From Antedon mediterranea (taxonomy: Eukaryota > Animalia > Echinodermata), in the NCBI RefSeq assembly GCF_964355755.1, contig NC_092671.1:17174001-17238000 (forward strand): a stretch of 64,000 nucleotides of DNA, given 5' to 3'. The stretch's first letter is position 1. Each line of letters starts with the position of its first letter. The position numbers and the translations under genes were made by a program. A model generated the notes under the pieces. The model saw nothing but the letters and a program-made list of their open reading frames with translations, was not told where the DNA came from and did not search any database. Positions 50,547 to 64,000 of this stretch are shown here, piece by piece.

Positions 50547-53500
50547 CCTTCTCTCTGAAGAGAGTAATATAATACAAACATTTGAATTTTAGTTTGAACA
50601 TCCCTATCCAATATTGGTATAGTCTGCTAATCTTCAGTGCATCTTCATCCACATTTTTGGATTTTAAGAAATATATTTGTATACAAAAAGCATGATTATA
50701 ATTATTCAATGGAATACAAAAATACAAAATGACATAATGTAACCATAACAATAATTGTCTAAGCCAAAGTAGTGTGCAGAATTTATAAAGCAAGTACTGT
50801 TTTCATTCACTCTTTTCCCTAGGATTGATTGAACCCCCACAAAACAGTGCGGCTGTACTGAGCCCTCACCCTTCCTAGTTGTCCCTTGCTTTAACTAGGC
50901 CACTTCTTGGCAAATAAAAGTATATATATATCATTTAAAAAAAAGATGGTTTGTAGCTGTATATTAGTATTCAAGTCACATTAACAAGGTACAACAATTT
51001 ATGCTACTTCCACCCACGCATCAAACAATATGCAATTATTTTATATTAACAATTTCATTTGTCAATTATAATATTCATATGTCCATGGCTATAGTTCACT
51101 TAACCCTGAAAAAAACACTAATTTGTAATTAACATTAAATATGTAGTGGATAGAGAGATGATGAAAATGAAGTGGATCACCTATTTGAATTAGCTGTTTG
51201 TCTTTGACTGACAATAGGCTATTTAAAATGTATTCACAGTAGCATTATTATTGTAGAATGGTAAAAAGCAATCTTTGAAAAGCAACAGTGAAAAAGTCTT
51301 TGGAGGATGAGTTGTGAAGGAATATATTACAACTTTATAATTCATTCTTATTTAATAATTTTTAACAAATTATTTATTATTTGAACATTTTTATGAATAT
51401 ACCACCACAGAATATTAAATAATTTTAGGCCTGCCACACACAGTGGTGGATAGATTGAGGATTTTGATATATTTAGATAGAAGGAGCAGGCCTTTTTTTG
51501 GTAAAGGGTATGCGAGGGGTACACCTGGGCAAACAAAGTTTAACAGATTCTTTTAATATTAAATCATTTTGTTGTTATTTTAGTTATTAATATTGTGGTA
51601 ATAACCAGTTTGATTTATTATTACTTATTAATTCTTTTATCAGTGCTGTAACCTGTATTTATTTAATATAAACTTGGATCCACAGTTTTAAGAAAAGACG
51701 GTATATCATTTTGTAATGTTTAATCAAGATTTCCATATTGGACATCCATTTCTGGAAGAACACCTTTTTTTTATTTCATACACATCAAACAGTGAAGAAA
51801 CTCGCCAATTACAAGATGGATAAACTATTTTATAATTTGCTTATAAACTAATTCTCATTTGACGCTTAGGGAGTGGAGTTAAAAAGTCGTGAGTTACAAC
51901 CCTGGCACTAGGTCAGGATTAAACCCTGGACCATGGGATTGGAAGGCAAGCATGTTAACCAACAAGCTACAGCTTCACTACAACTTTACAGTACATGATT
52001 AGATTGTATCAAAATATGCTATGAAGTTTGAAATGGACTTTTAATGAATAATCTCGCTTAAACCTATGTCAATAGTGATATACTGTTTATTTTTGTAAGG
52101 AAATGAAACTTTATTACGAAGTTGATTACTTTAACAAACAAGCGACTGAAGTTTATTGGATCTGTTCAGAAACCTTGTTATTGTACTGTATCATATGTTT
52201 GTTTGTCTTTAGCGTACTTCGAATCTCGCTGTTAATTAAGTAAGCCGATCAGTCATATTGAATAGACTTCATGTGCATTTCTAACGTTCATGGTGATTGT
52301 TTGATCAATCAAGGTTGAAGACGATATAATTATTATTCCAAAATACCTCGCTGCAATCACTAATCGTAGAGTTGATTATTAGAAAAATATAAAATTGATT
52401 TTACGACCTGTAATTTAATGTGTAATATTTATAGTTGTGAATTTTGTGAAAACAAAAATAATTCATGTAGAAATTCAATATTTTATGAATTTACAACTTT
52501 GTTTTCATAAAGCAAGAGTATAAACAAAATAATTTAAAACAAATTAATTAAATTAATAATTTAAGCACATCATTGAATAGAACAGTCAATCTTAAACTCA
52601 TGAAAATATTCTCCCCATTCAACTCATAAAAAATCATTATTTGTATAATAAATTTTCAAAATTTTATTGTGCTAGTTGGTTGTAACAATGCATTATTACG
52701 ATTATTAATTTAAAAAGCATTTTTTAAATTCCATCTATAACCATGTATTAATATTTTATTTATTAAAACTTTCAAAGCTAAGTTTCTCATGTATTGCATT
52801 GAAAATTTAAGAAATTGCAATATAATTGTACGCATTTATTACGTGGCACATGAAATCAAAGAATGTGCATAGACATTAAAGCAGAATTACGATCATAAAT
52901 GGTTTCTGTTTTTTTTTTTTAATTACATGACCTTGTATGAAACAACCAACTAAAATTTGACTACCTCCTCCTGATATTTTATTATTTATTTTTCAATAGA
53001 TATTTTTCTACTTGTATTTTATTTGTTAATATAATAATGTATTGATTTTTGGAACAACCTATTATAATCCTTTGCAACTATGACGATAAAGAAACCGTTG
53101 AAGCATGTAGTTATATTATCTATTTTGCTTATTTTACCTATTGTTTTGCATTTTAGCGATTAATTTATTACAATTTATGGTAAAGACTTTTTATTCTTGC
53201 ATCTGTGCCGAAAACATTTGTCTCAGCATGGCATTGCATTATCTGATAGTATTATCATATTATCAATAGTGAACAATTATCATATCTGAACAAGGTTCAG
53301 AGAAATTATTAGACACCAATAAACAGATTAACATCTCTCCTTCAAAAAGATGTACCATCAATACTCCATATATTGTATTATAAAAAAAATCCATCTGATA
53401 TGACATATTGTTATCATATTGGAAGAAGGCATTCACTCACTCACAAGTTAATTATAGGTGAATTTTATTACACTTTGAATTTTGACATTAAAATCTCTCA

Positions 53501-53824
53501 TGCACATAGTTTATACAATATATCTTTTGCATTATAAAATTGATCTTCTACTATTTATGCATTATCTATAATATATGTGACTTATATTTATTAACATAAA
53601 TAGGTAGTAATGGAATGGCTTGGTTCAAAAGGTGACATTTATTAAACTTCTTTCTCATGATAAATATATCTCATTAGAACATTTGTGTACAATATATTTT
53701 ATCGTTTACATTTCTACCTTTTGATGAAATAACTTAATTCAATCTGGCTTTGTTTTGAAGCACGACAAAGATAAATGCTATTGTCTAAAGATGTCAAAAA
53801 TAAAACTTAAATTCTTAAGTTCAA

Positions 53825-54300
53825 ATTTATTTATTCATTTCATTTATTTATTCATGGTCAAACACAGTAAAATATGTACATGGTTTGAAATTATTTTTGT
53901 TTGTTCAAAGTAAAATTTCACATAAAAATATAAAAATGAATTAAAAAGGTTACAATTTTGTAAAATACAAATAAAACACATCTTTTAAAATGCAGATAAC
54001 ATACATAGTTTAAAATACAAAATACAAGCAAGATTGGTGCGTGAAGAGGGTATAGCATAAAATGATAAATGTTTACAGTGTTCATTGCATTGCCTCATTG
54101 CAGGTAATGGTGGAGAGGGCGATACTCATCCGACATAATTACTTTAAATTTTTTACTTATGGCACTGTTAACCATATCTTTAGCGTTCTTACTATCTTTA
54201 GCTTCAATTATTCTGTAAGCTGTTTTACTGATTGTCTCTACTGTCTTCATACATTGTTTGTTGAGGCTATAAAACCAAGCTATTGCACAAAATGGTAAAG
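53825..54300 (-). mobile_element. Non-LTR retrotransposon 3' relic
   Basis: Minus ORF WFYSLNKQCMKTVETISKTAYRII...KFKVIMSDEYRPLHHYL resembles the C-terminal domain that follows L2/Rex-type RTs; (TAAA/TGAA)n tail near 53830. Confidence 0.5.
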
Positions 54301-55009
54301 CTGATAAAAAAAATTTTTTTTTAATAATTATATCAAACCTTAACAAATTTACTCTACCGAGATTTTTTATAAATATAACGCTTTCCTATAAAACTACTAC
54401 TAAGAAATTTCAATTTATAAACATAGTCTAAATTTAAATTTTATTGTGTAAAATTTATCATAATTTGTACAAGAATGTATTAGTATAAATAAATTAAATC
54501 TAATATGAGATGAGAAGAGGTCTCATGTTATTAATTTTCATAATTTGTTTTCTAGTTTAGAAATACGAAATCAAATGATACCTCTTCCACAGCTTAATAC
54601 GCCTGACTAAACCTGTGGTCTGTAATCAAAAACAATCCCCACGGATAAGGCTAACTGAATTATTCAATCCTAATCATTTTATAGTTTATCCCAGTAATTT
54701 ATTAATAAGTTATCAATTTATTTAATGGATGTTTCTATAAATAAACATGTATCCATAAGTATAAATAAATTTTAAAAATTGTACAGTGTTGAAATTTCAT
54801 TAATTACAAACTGTATCTTTAATTCATCCAGTTCACACCATAAAACAAATTTCGGTTTTGCCTATTATAATGGACGGATGCCATGTGAAGATACAGTACA
54901 GTGAATCGGATAAAGTGGATGTCCAGAAAAGCTCATGGTGTACAGTACCTTAAAAAAAGTATTTTTCTCAAAGAAAAAGCGTAAAAAAATTAAAGATTCA
55001 CGCTAAATT

Positions 55010-55590
55010 CTAGATCTTCAGATTTTTTCAAATTTTGGATTTTCCAATTTTTCTAAATTTTGGATCTTCCCATTTTCTAAATTCTGGATCTTCTCATTTT
55101 CTAAATTCTGGATCTTCTTCCCATATTCTGGATCTTTCTTCCCATTTTTCTAATTTCTAGATCTTCTTCCCATTTTCTGAATTTTCTTTACATTAAATAG
55201 CTTCTAATATAATTCAAGATAGAATCACTCAAAATGAAAATAGTAATTAAATGTTAATTTATTTAAAAATAGTATTGTATTTAACACGTGTATTGCATAA
55301 ATCATTTTTTATCATCAGAGGAATTCTTGATCTTTCCATATTCTTTCTTCCCACTTTTCTAAATTCTAGATCTTCTTCCCATTTTCTGAATTCTGGATCT
55401 TCTTCCCATTTTCTGAATTCTGGATCTTCCTATTTTCTGAATCTTCTTCCCATTAAATAGCTTCTTATAATTCAAGATAGAATCACTCAAAATGGAAATA
55501 GTAATTATATGTTAATTCATTATAAAATACTATTTTATTTAACATATGTATTGCATAAATCATTTTGTCTCTTTTTATCATCAGGGGAAT
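55010..55590. repeat. Degenerate about 28-bp tandem repeat (TTCTAAATTCTGGATCTTCTTCCCATTT) with local duplication
   Basis: Repeated units at 55010-55190 and 55340-55455, each followed by the same CATTAAATAGCTTC...ATTCAAGATAGAATCACTCAAAATG block. Confidence 0.75.
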
Positions 55591-57049
55591 TAGACATTGA
55601 TCAAGACATACTTTATTACTTTATTCTTTGGTTAGATTCTGTGTTGCCGCTGTTTTCATTTTAAATTAGAATTTTGAATTGGAATAATCTCCGTCATAGT
55701 GTTTTAAAAATGTTTTTGTATTTAACGCAACAAATAATTGCCCCATATCATAATGACATTGTTTTATGCATGTTATATTGTAAACTCTAAGATCTTGTAT
55801 TGTTGAAGTTTGTCCCTACTTCTACTTATCATGCTGATGATCTTCACTTTTGTTAAGGTAACCATTCTACTTGTCGCTTACAGGTTTTCATTTTGAAATC
55901 TCGGCCTAATCTCAAATTAATGTCACATATTTGTGATAAACCAATTTATATTCTTTGAATCAAATCTTTTGCTTAATAAAGACAATTCAGTCCATATTTT
56001 CTCCTCATCTCAGGTGCTTTGAGAATACTCAGAACATCACTTATTCATAAATCAGTTTTTTGCTTTACCTTAGAAAGATTTTTCTGGTCAGTACTTTCTT
56101 CATATCTTTATTATTTGTTAGAAGATGTATATTACCAATAAAACTTTATTCATAGTAAACCAATTATTTCTATTTTTTGGAATTATAGCTTTTGCTTTTC
56201 ACTACAGAATATATCCACAAACATACTGTATATTGTACTGCAACTCTTGAAATTAAAGGTGTATTCACATTTTAGTTCGTCAAATTAACCTACCAGTTAG
56301 TTTTATCATAGGACAAGCGCAAATAGCCTTTTCAGTTTGTAAGCTAATAGATTCAACTTGCCCGTTAAAACTGACTCAACTTGCCCGGTAAAACTAACAG
56401 TGATGGTTGTTTTTTAATTACTTAATTAGTAAACTTCCCAATTTATTACCTTTTATCGCTGTTTAATTTGATTTTTTTACCGCATCATTTAGTTTTACCC
56501 TATACTACCTGCGTTAAATTAATCCAACAAACGTCTGTAAATTTCCTATTTAAAAATGTACACATTTTCTCAGTGAAATCTGACTTTATTCCAACCATTT
56601 GTTCAAATTAAATAAAAACAATTATACTGTTTCATAGGCTTTTAAATTTCTGTTATTTAATTCTTTTAAGAACATTTGATGCAACATTTCTTCAATTATA
56701 GAATACTTCAAAGAATAAAGACATTTTCACAGAATACATGCAAGCGATGTACAGACCTCAACTACAGGTTTCATATAACTTGTTAGTGAAAGAACTGCAT
56801 ACATTAAATCTAAGTGTTTTTGAAATGGAGTGTTCAATGTAATCCAATAAGTAATGATAATAAATGATAAGACCGAGTATAAATTTTGCTATTGGATGCA
56901 AAAATTCACATGCTATTAACCTTTCCTCCATCAACCCTATTCATTTTTATTTCTTCGTAGAAGAACGATCACAAGCAGAAAAGTAGTTTGTAGTAGTAAT
57001 GCTGAATATATCTATATATATTAATTGCATATATTTATATTTTATACAG

Positions 57050-57263
57050 ATGCACCAGTTTTCGTTACACTACTAATCTCATTGGCTAGTCTCGTGTCTG
57101 TTGCGCTTTTCGTCTTGCTTTGTGGTTTATGCGATTGCTTTAGCGGAAAAAAACAAGCTGAAAAACAGTTTTTATTTGACGACGAGGAAGGAGGTACAGA
57201 AAGAAAATCTGCATCAGTTAGACCTATGAAAAGAACACCAATGCTTACCCGAAAGACTATCAA
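57050..57263 (+). CDS. Transmembrane exon of a synaptotagmin-like (SYT7-like) protein
   Basis: TATACAG acceptor, GTAAGC donor; (N)APVFVTLLISLASLVSVALFVLLCGLCDCFSGKKQAEKQFLFDDEEGG...; TM helix ending in VLLCGLC resembles the synaptotagmin-7 VVLCGLC palmitoylation cluster. No C2 domains are in the window, so family assignment is inference. Confidence 0.7.
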
Positions 57264-60200
57264 GTAAGCAATATTTATTCATTAGAAATTTCATTTGTCA
57301 ATGTCATTCTGTGCAATATGAATAATAGTTATTGTACATGTGATAACCCTTACTGTGACAGGTCACTTTCTAGAAATGTTAATTTATATAAAAGGTATAT
57401 AAAATATAATTTATATTATTATAAATAAAGGTCTCCGTTCAGTCTACAATAGAACCCTTATTTAAAGCAATAACTTATAACAGTTATAAGTCCTTGATTT
57501 AAGGGGACACATAACAAAATGCTAATTAAATTGTAATATTATATATAATTATTATTATTATTATTTTCATGTTTTGTACAGGATATGTCCCCTTATTTTA
57601 GGAAGACTTCAGGCTTCTATTGTTACTGTATACGACGTTTTATGAATTTATAACCTTTTGTTAGATTATGTGCACATTTAGAAATATTGTGGTTTTTTGA
57701 ATAGTTATTTAATAGAGGAAATTTATACTTTAATGCAAACATTGTTTAGACACAAAATTTGATTATAAGTATGATACTTAAATTGTAATATATGTTGAAA
57801 ATTCATATTGCATATTATATAATCTAAAAATCTAGGTTATAATATTACTAATATTTCATTTTTCATAACAGATGAAAAATGTAACATTTATACTGTATAT
57901 TTCTCATTAAATATGGTTTAATATACTGTAACTACAATATGTTTAATATATTGTAACTACCACTCCAGGACAATTTTGAAATTAAAGTGTTCACATAACC
58001 TGGAGATGTATTATTACAATATAATGGTTAATATATTCATACAGTATTAAATTTATAATTTTTTTTTTTTAAAAAGAATATAAATATTTTTTTTATCGCA
58101 AATGTCAACAAAATTATAATACTAAATAATATAAGTTGAAAGTTGACACCTTCAGGACCCAACAAAGTTTCCCCCTAATAGAGGTCCTCTGAATAAGTGT
58201 TGGCTGTAGTGTTGACACATATATTTCCCTCCTGTTTGGTACACAGAAAAGTCCCCCGTTAATCGAGGTGTCCCAACCGAGGTTTTATTACTGTAATACA
58301 ACAAAAAATATGTAGTTTGAATTAAAATTAAATAAATATGTAAAAAAAACAACATTAGCTGTAAATGTAATGTAATTAACTAATTAAAAATTATAATATA
58401 TGGAAGTCAATTTAAATAATAGCAATGTGTGGACAATCAACTGATTTAACACTGGTGTTGTTTTTATTACCTAAGCAACAGTATTAGTTTACCTCTAAAT
58501 GCCAGTTGTCTGATTGTAACTGGACTGATAAATGCCTACGGTTTATGTTTATTACCCTAACAGCATCTCATTATCGTGCCATACTTATTCAGTAAACTTC
58601 TTTCATTCATAGTTCACATTTGAGCGGTTAATTCCGCTTTAAATCTCTGTTTGTTCTGCGCCAAATGCTGTCAGGAAGCCTTATTTACAAATCAATAAGT
58701 TTGAAATTTGATATTAAATCGTAAAATCTATCCATCAACTGGTTTAAAAAACAGTTTTTTAATGTCATATTGTTATCATTTAAAACACTTGGTTTATGTA
58801 GATTTACATAGTTATATTGCGTTAATTTTAAAGCAGATAAAAAAATGTTTTAGCGATTGAAATAAAACAAAGCAAAATAATAACACACATTGTCACAGGT
58901 ATTAATACACATTTGTACATCATATGGTACTTTAGTTTATTTGTTTCTAGGCTTTGTTAAATCAATATTAAATTAATGTAAATATTAAGTATGGTACCGT
59001 AGAACTCCAAAATCAATTGTCATATCTCAAAATTGAAATGAAAATATGAAGGAAAAAATTAGGCATGGTGCTTTTATATTTGTTCTTTCCTTCTATTTTT
59101 GCATGTGTAATAAACTAATAAACTGCATTAAAAAGAGTATAATATATTTCTCTAAATCATTTAAATAAAACTAAGAGTCAACTCCAACACAACCATGGGT
59201 GAAAAAATGATCCACTTATTATGCAAAGTGACAATCTTCAATTTGCCAATTATGTGCCAGTTTGAATTCACGCCCACTTCTCAATTTCCTTTAGAGAGTG
59301 TACTATATAAACAATCCTATGCAAAATTTAAAGACATTTATTAACAAGTATATTAACAAAAAAATATATTTCCAGGGGCAGATCCAGGATTTTTCTAATG
59401 AGTATTAGCACTAGCATATACTAATATTATTACTACTAGGTATCAAAAAGTAGTACATAATTTCATTTTTCTGTCAAAGGGGAGGGAGTGGGGGGCATGT
59501 CCCAAACGCAGCTCCCTAAATGAAATATATAATATTATAAATAATATGTCTGAAGTGAGAACTTGGATGAAAATTGCTTTTGTGCAATTAAATGTAGCTT
59601 GCTCTAAATATCTGCACTTATTATGAGTAACATACTGTTAGATTTTCCATCAAATGGCTCTACGTATACAAGTATAAATTTATGTAGACGCCAACAGATG
59701 CTAATATGCTATATTAATATGATACAAAATATGTCATTAACTACACAATCTTAAAAACCGTTCTGCAATCTGATATCATTTCAGTATTACTTTGACAAAA
59801 AATTTATTTTATAATCGTATTAAAACGGTCATATTAAAATTTATGTAAATATAGTTTCTATAGATATTTACTAGCATGCAATGAAATATTTAGTAGAAAA
59901 TATATTTAAATATATATATTCAGGAATTTTATACAATACTACATAGTAGTATATTAGTATTACCTAGATATTTCTTTTAAAAAAGTGATGTTTGAAAGGT
60001 GTTGAATCTTTCATTGAATAACTATTTTAAAAACTGCAATATTTCTCAAATTACTTTTTATACAACATTTTAAAGGCATTGAAATATTTGTACTTTTAAT
60101 TTGCCACTAAAGCTAGTTTTTGCACAAAATCTTCAATAATAAATAATTGAAATTGTACAATGTAATACCATACTCGCTTAAATAACAAGCCTAGCACACT

Positions 60201-60513
60201 CCTCTATTTGAGTGCCACTCTGAATTAGTGTTGACCGGGGTCAGCTATTTTTCCAAATTGCCAATCTTTTATACCTCATGCCCTTAAATGTTTCCTAGGC
60301 AATTATTTGAGCGAGTGTGATATGTATTTTAAATTTTTGCACATTTATTAATATGGTAAACATCCATGTTCACATTCAATAACACATTAATGATGAATTT
60401 ATTTTTTAAGTTCAGGTAAGCAGAACATGCGATGGTGAATGGCAATGTTATGGTTTACACAGACGTAGTACAAACTAACCCTCACCATCAATTGATATTT
60501 TTTTCTCTGTTAG

Positions 60514-60615
60514 GGACTCAGAGTCGACAGAAGGGTTAGGCGGCAGTCAAGCAGAGAGCAATAATGGGGCTGGCAAGAAACGCATCCCCTTTCGCTCTCT
60601 CTCAGCTGCTCTCTT
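60514..60615 (+). CDS. Linker-region exon of the same gene (102 nt, phase 2-2)
   Basis: Polypyrimidine TTTTTCTCTGTTAG acceptor, GTATGT donor; continues frame: (K)DSESTEGLGGSQAESNNGAGKKRIPFRSLSAAL. Confidence 0.65.
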
Positions 60616-61164
60616 GTATGTGGTTTGTTTCCAATTCTGTTGTATGCATCTGTTTTACCACATCTGTGGATTAACATAACATCTTTTTTTTAAATATTAT
60701 ATATCCCTTCTTCTTTATCAAATGTTTATTACCAATATATTTCTTAATCATACCTATATGTGTACACTACATTATAATTATAAAATATTGGTTTATCAAA
60801 TTCTAATATACATTCCTTATAATCGTAGTATATTATATTAGTTATAAATTATAAAATAGAAATATAATTTTATAATTTATAATGTTAAAGATGTATGTGC
60901 GTGCGTACAATTGAGTTTTGTTCAACCGTACCACCGCACAAGGTCAAACGAGTTTCTATCCAATAGGCATCTTCATATGAAGCCTAAAAAAAGGTTGTAG
61001 TGACTTGTTTTAATACTCTTCTTACATCTACGCCGTTGCAAATATTTTATAATTATATTAAGTACAATTTTACATTTTTTTAAATATATCTTTTTTTGGT
61101 TTCTTAAAAAAATATAGTCCTTTTTATCTTACTTCTTATCGTTCTTATCTATTTAAGAATTGAT

Positions 61165-61521
61165 ACTATATTTTGACTATGCACTTGCCTGCAGTGCATA
61201 TATTTTTACTATGCACTTGCCTGAAGTGCATATATTTTGACTATGCACTTGCCTGCAGTGCATATATTTTGACTATGCACTTGCCCGCAGTGCATATATT
61301 TTGACTATGCACTTGCCTGCAGTGCATATATTTTTACTATGCACTTGCCTGAAGTGCATATATTTTGACTATGCACTTGCCTGCAGTGCATATATTTTGA
61401 CTATGCACTTGCCTGCAGTGCATATATTTTGACTGTGCACTTGCCTGCAGTGCATATATTTTGACTATGCACTTGCCTGCAGTGCATATATTTTGACTGT
61501 GCACTTGCCTGAAGTGCATAT
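61165..61521. repeat. 32-bp minisatellite (TATATTTTGACTATGCACTTGCCTGCAGTGCA)n, about 11 units
   Basis: Period 32 (for example 61231/61263). Confidence 0.95.
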
Positions 61522-62509
61522 TCTGTATAGGATAGAAGAGACTTCATTCTTTTAATAATTTATTTTAAGCAGTCCGAAGGGATTATTTACATTGCTTTTT
61601 TATCATATAACATACTTTTATGGCGTTAAGTCTTGGCCTTATCCCATTAATGTTTCGAGTCACTTTGCAATATATCATTGTTATAATCAATATATGTTTT
61701 ACTGTTGTGTTCCATCTTCAATTTATTTGAAAAAAAAAAATACTTGGTTATAGTGGAATCTCCAATCCGTTCTTCTGTATAATTACGCATGTCTACATTT
61801 TATGCATGCTATCTGTTATGATGCATGTCTATATTGATATACTGATATTATATAAGTCTTTTTATATAAGACATATCAAAGGTAAAGGTAATGAAATATA
61901 TTTTTTTTTTGCTATGCTTTTTAAGATTAAAGCTTCTTTTTATCTTGTATTTAAGCAATACAGCTACTTAACAGTTTCAAATATTCAAACATTAATATCC
62001 ATACAAGCTATCTAGTGAGTGATTGAAAATTCACAGCCATGTGAATTTTATATAATGTTTAATAAAAAAAAAAAAGGCAAAAAATACTATCAGAACCGTT
62101 TTTACTAAGTAAGCAAATACCAAAATACTATAATATTTTCATATCCAGATTGGTATAAGTTCTCTTTACATTTCCCATAGTTACCAACCGCCTGACATTG
62201 TGTGGGACAGCCCCGCATTTCAATGTGATTTTAATAAAAAACACGCATTTTGCACAAACACATGTGATCACACATTTGTCTTGAATTTATCACGTGTCTA
62301 TGCGTGACCAAATTAATTGGTTTATTAAAAGTATACACGAGTATTCATTTATCACATATCAGTCGCAAAAATATGAATATACATTATCGTAGCCGCCATG
62401 TCATCACATTAGGCTACACATGTGCATGTAGCATTCCAGCCAAACCTGACTCTAGTAAAATATAGCAGCACAGAGTGGTGGTATGCGTGCATACATTTTT
62501 TGAACAAAC

Positions 62510-62995
62510 ATGATGGAAGAAAATCAACGCAATGGTTCTGCAATTTTAACAGTGTTGTTAAAAAAAAAATTCCTTGATAAACATTCAAAATCAGCCTGGT
62601 GGGTATACGTTGAAATCCAGGTAAGCGGCACTCAGACTACCGACGCCACTGTTGGTTTGTGTAATATACAACAAAAGTCATCCGGAATGGAACCAGGTTC
62701 AGCAAGCACTCTGAAAACAATAAAGTTTGTTACAACACAAAGTGCATCCCTTCATAAAATGGAATTTTCCAACTTGAGTTTGAACGAGGACATCATCATA
62801 AGGAGGAGGAATATTGACTGGTTAAATGAAACAGCTACTTCTTAAGTCAGAACATGTGAAACCCTAAAGAACGGAAAAAGAAATCAAGAAATATGGAAAC
62901 TTTGAACGCCTAAATACTTGCCAACGGACAGATTGTCAAACTGACTAAGAATATTCTATGTTGAATTGACGATGACCTAGATTTATTGCTTTCGA
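62510..62995 (+). pseudogene. Possible decayed BED-zinc-finger/hAT transposase fragment
   Basis: KSAWWVYVE...ATVGLCNI...GSASTLK resembles the zf-BED pattern (SxVWxYF...CxxC...GSTSxL) but the metal ligands are lost. Confidence 0.35.
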
Positions 62996-64000
62996 TATTA
63001 CATTATTTCATCACAATATTATTGATAATATCTTTATAAGCTATGGATGGATTGATACTCATTCATCGCAATAGTATTGATAACAAGAATATATTGATCT
63101 TAACTAGCTACGGACTGTTACTCGTTCAATCACAAATAGTATTGATAATAAGAATGACAGCCTGGTTCTTGCTTTTCAGATATTACTTTCCATCTCAATA
63201 TTATTGGAAATAAGAATTTATGATAAAAGTGACAAATTCTTGAATTGCATTCAATAATACCTTTTTATCTTGATATTATTATTGATAGAAAATATCATGA
63301 TGAATTTTTTGTCATCAAGTATAACTCCTAAAATTAAGAATAACACAATTATGTTGATAAAAGTGACAGGTTGTGCATGGATTGTTTCTTTATTTCAGAT
63401 AAAGCCGATATTGCGGTATAGAATTACTTTATCACCAACATGAGGATCACCTCTACTAACAAGGTTTCTTTAAACCACTGAAAACGAAAATTTTTTAATT
63501 AAAAAATGAATGATAAGGATGACTGAATACGACAATTTACATTCACTAAATCACCTACGGTATATTTTTTTTTTGTACACTCATTTTTTTTTCTCCAGAA
63601 TATGTAATTAGTTTTCATTTCCGTAAATCATATTTTCCTAAATATTTATTATCAAGGGATGTGTCAAGCGGTGGTAATTGCGACATCATGGTCATGTGAC
63701 CTTTAATGTTCACAGTCAACTGAACAGTTTTTATCAACATTTCATTCAAATGTTTAATAATGATACAACTCACAAAATTCTTCAACTTTTACCTTCTTTA
63801 ATACAGAAGCTCTACAGGACAAACACTTTTTAGTACCGCCAGTGAATAACATATCTACATTAAAACACTTTTCAGTAAGAACTAACTTCGTTAAAATGCT
63901 CCATTTTTTAGTGTGTTACCACAGTTATATATAGGTATGCCAATCTACAAAACACCACTGAAATAAATAGGCACAAATTTAAAAATCACATCTGAAAAAT

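Noticed and set aside
61165-61521. Metal-response-element (TGCRCNC) array
   Set aside because: Units read TGCACTT / TGCACTG and miss the conserved final C

Overview
AT-rich animal genomic DNA with spliceosomal introns; the abundance of TAGGCCTA and the repeat types suggest a marine invertebrate, possibly an echinoderm (inference). It contains one complete gene, the RNA lariat debranching enzyme DBR1 (minus strand, 9 coding exons, 41447->18453, 1761 nt / 586 aa, all GT-AG junctions phase-consistent, with a long acidic tail). Head-to-head with it is the 5' part of a plus-strand gene for a single-pass membrane protein with a short N-terminus, one TM helix and a Cys cluster; it resembles synaptotagmin-7 (exons at 47196, 57050, 60514) and continues beyond the window. 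Introns and the gene-free left 17 kb hold many non-autonomous elements: Merlin-like, MULE-like, Kolobok-like, Harbinger-like, Tc1/mariner-like and hAT-like MITEs, several of them nested. Also present are two SINE families sharing one core (one with a chimeric 5S+tRNA head), LINE relics, a tRNA-like cassette with a terminal fold-back, Pol III-like cassettes with a conserved upstream GAGGGCGC motif, and five tandem-repeat arrays. Most ORFs in the supplied track are spurious. All element classifications were made by eye from termini and TSDs.
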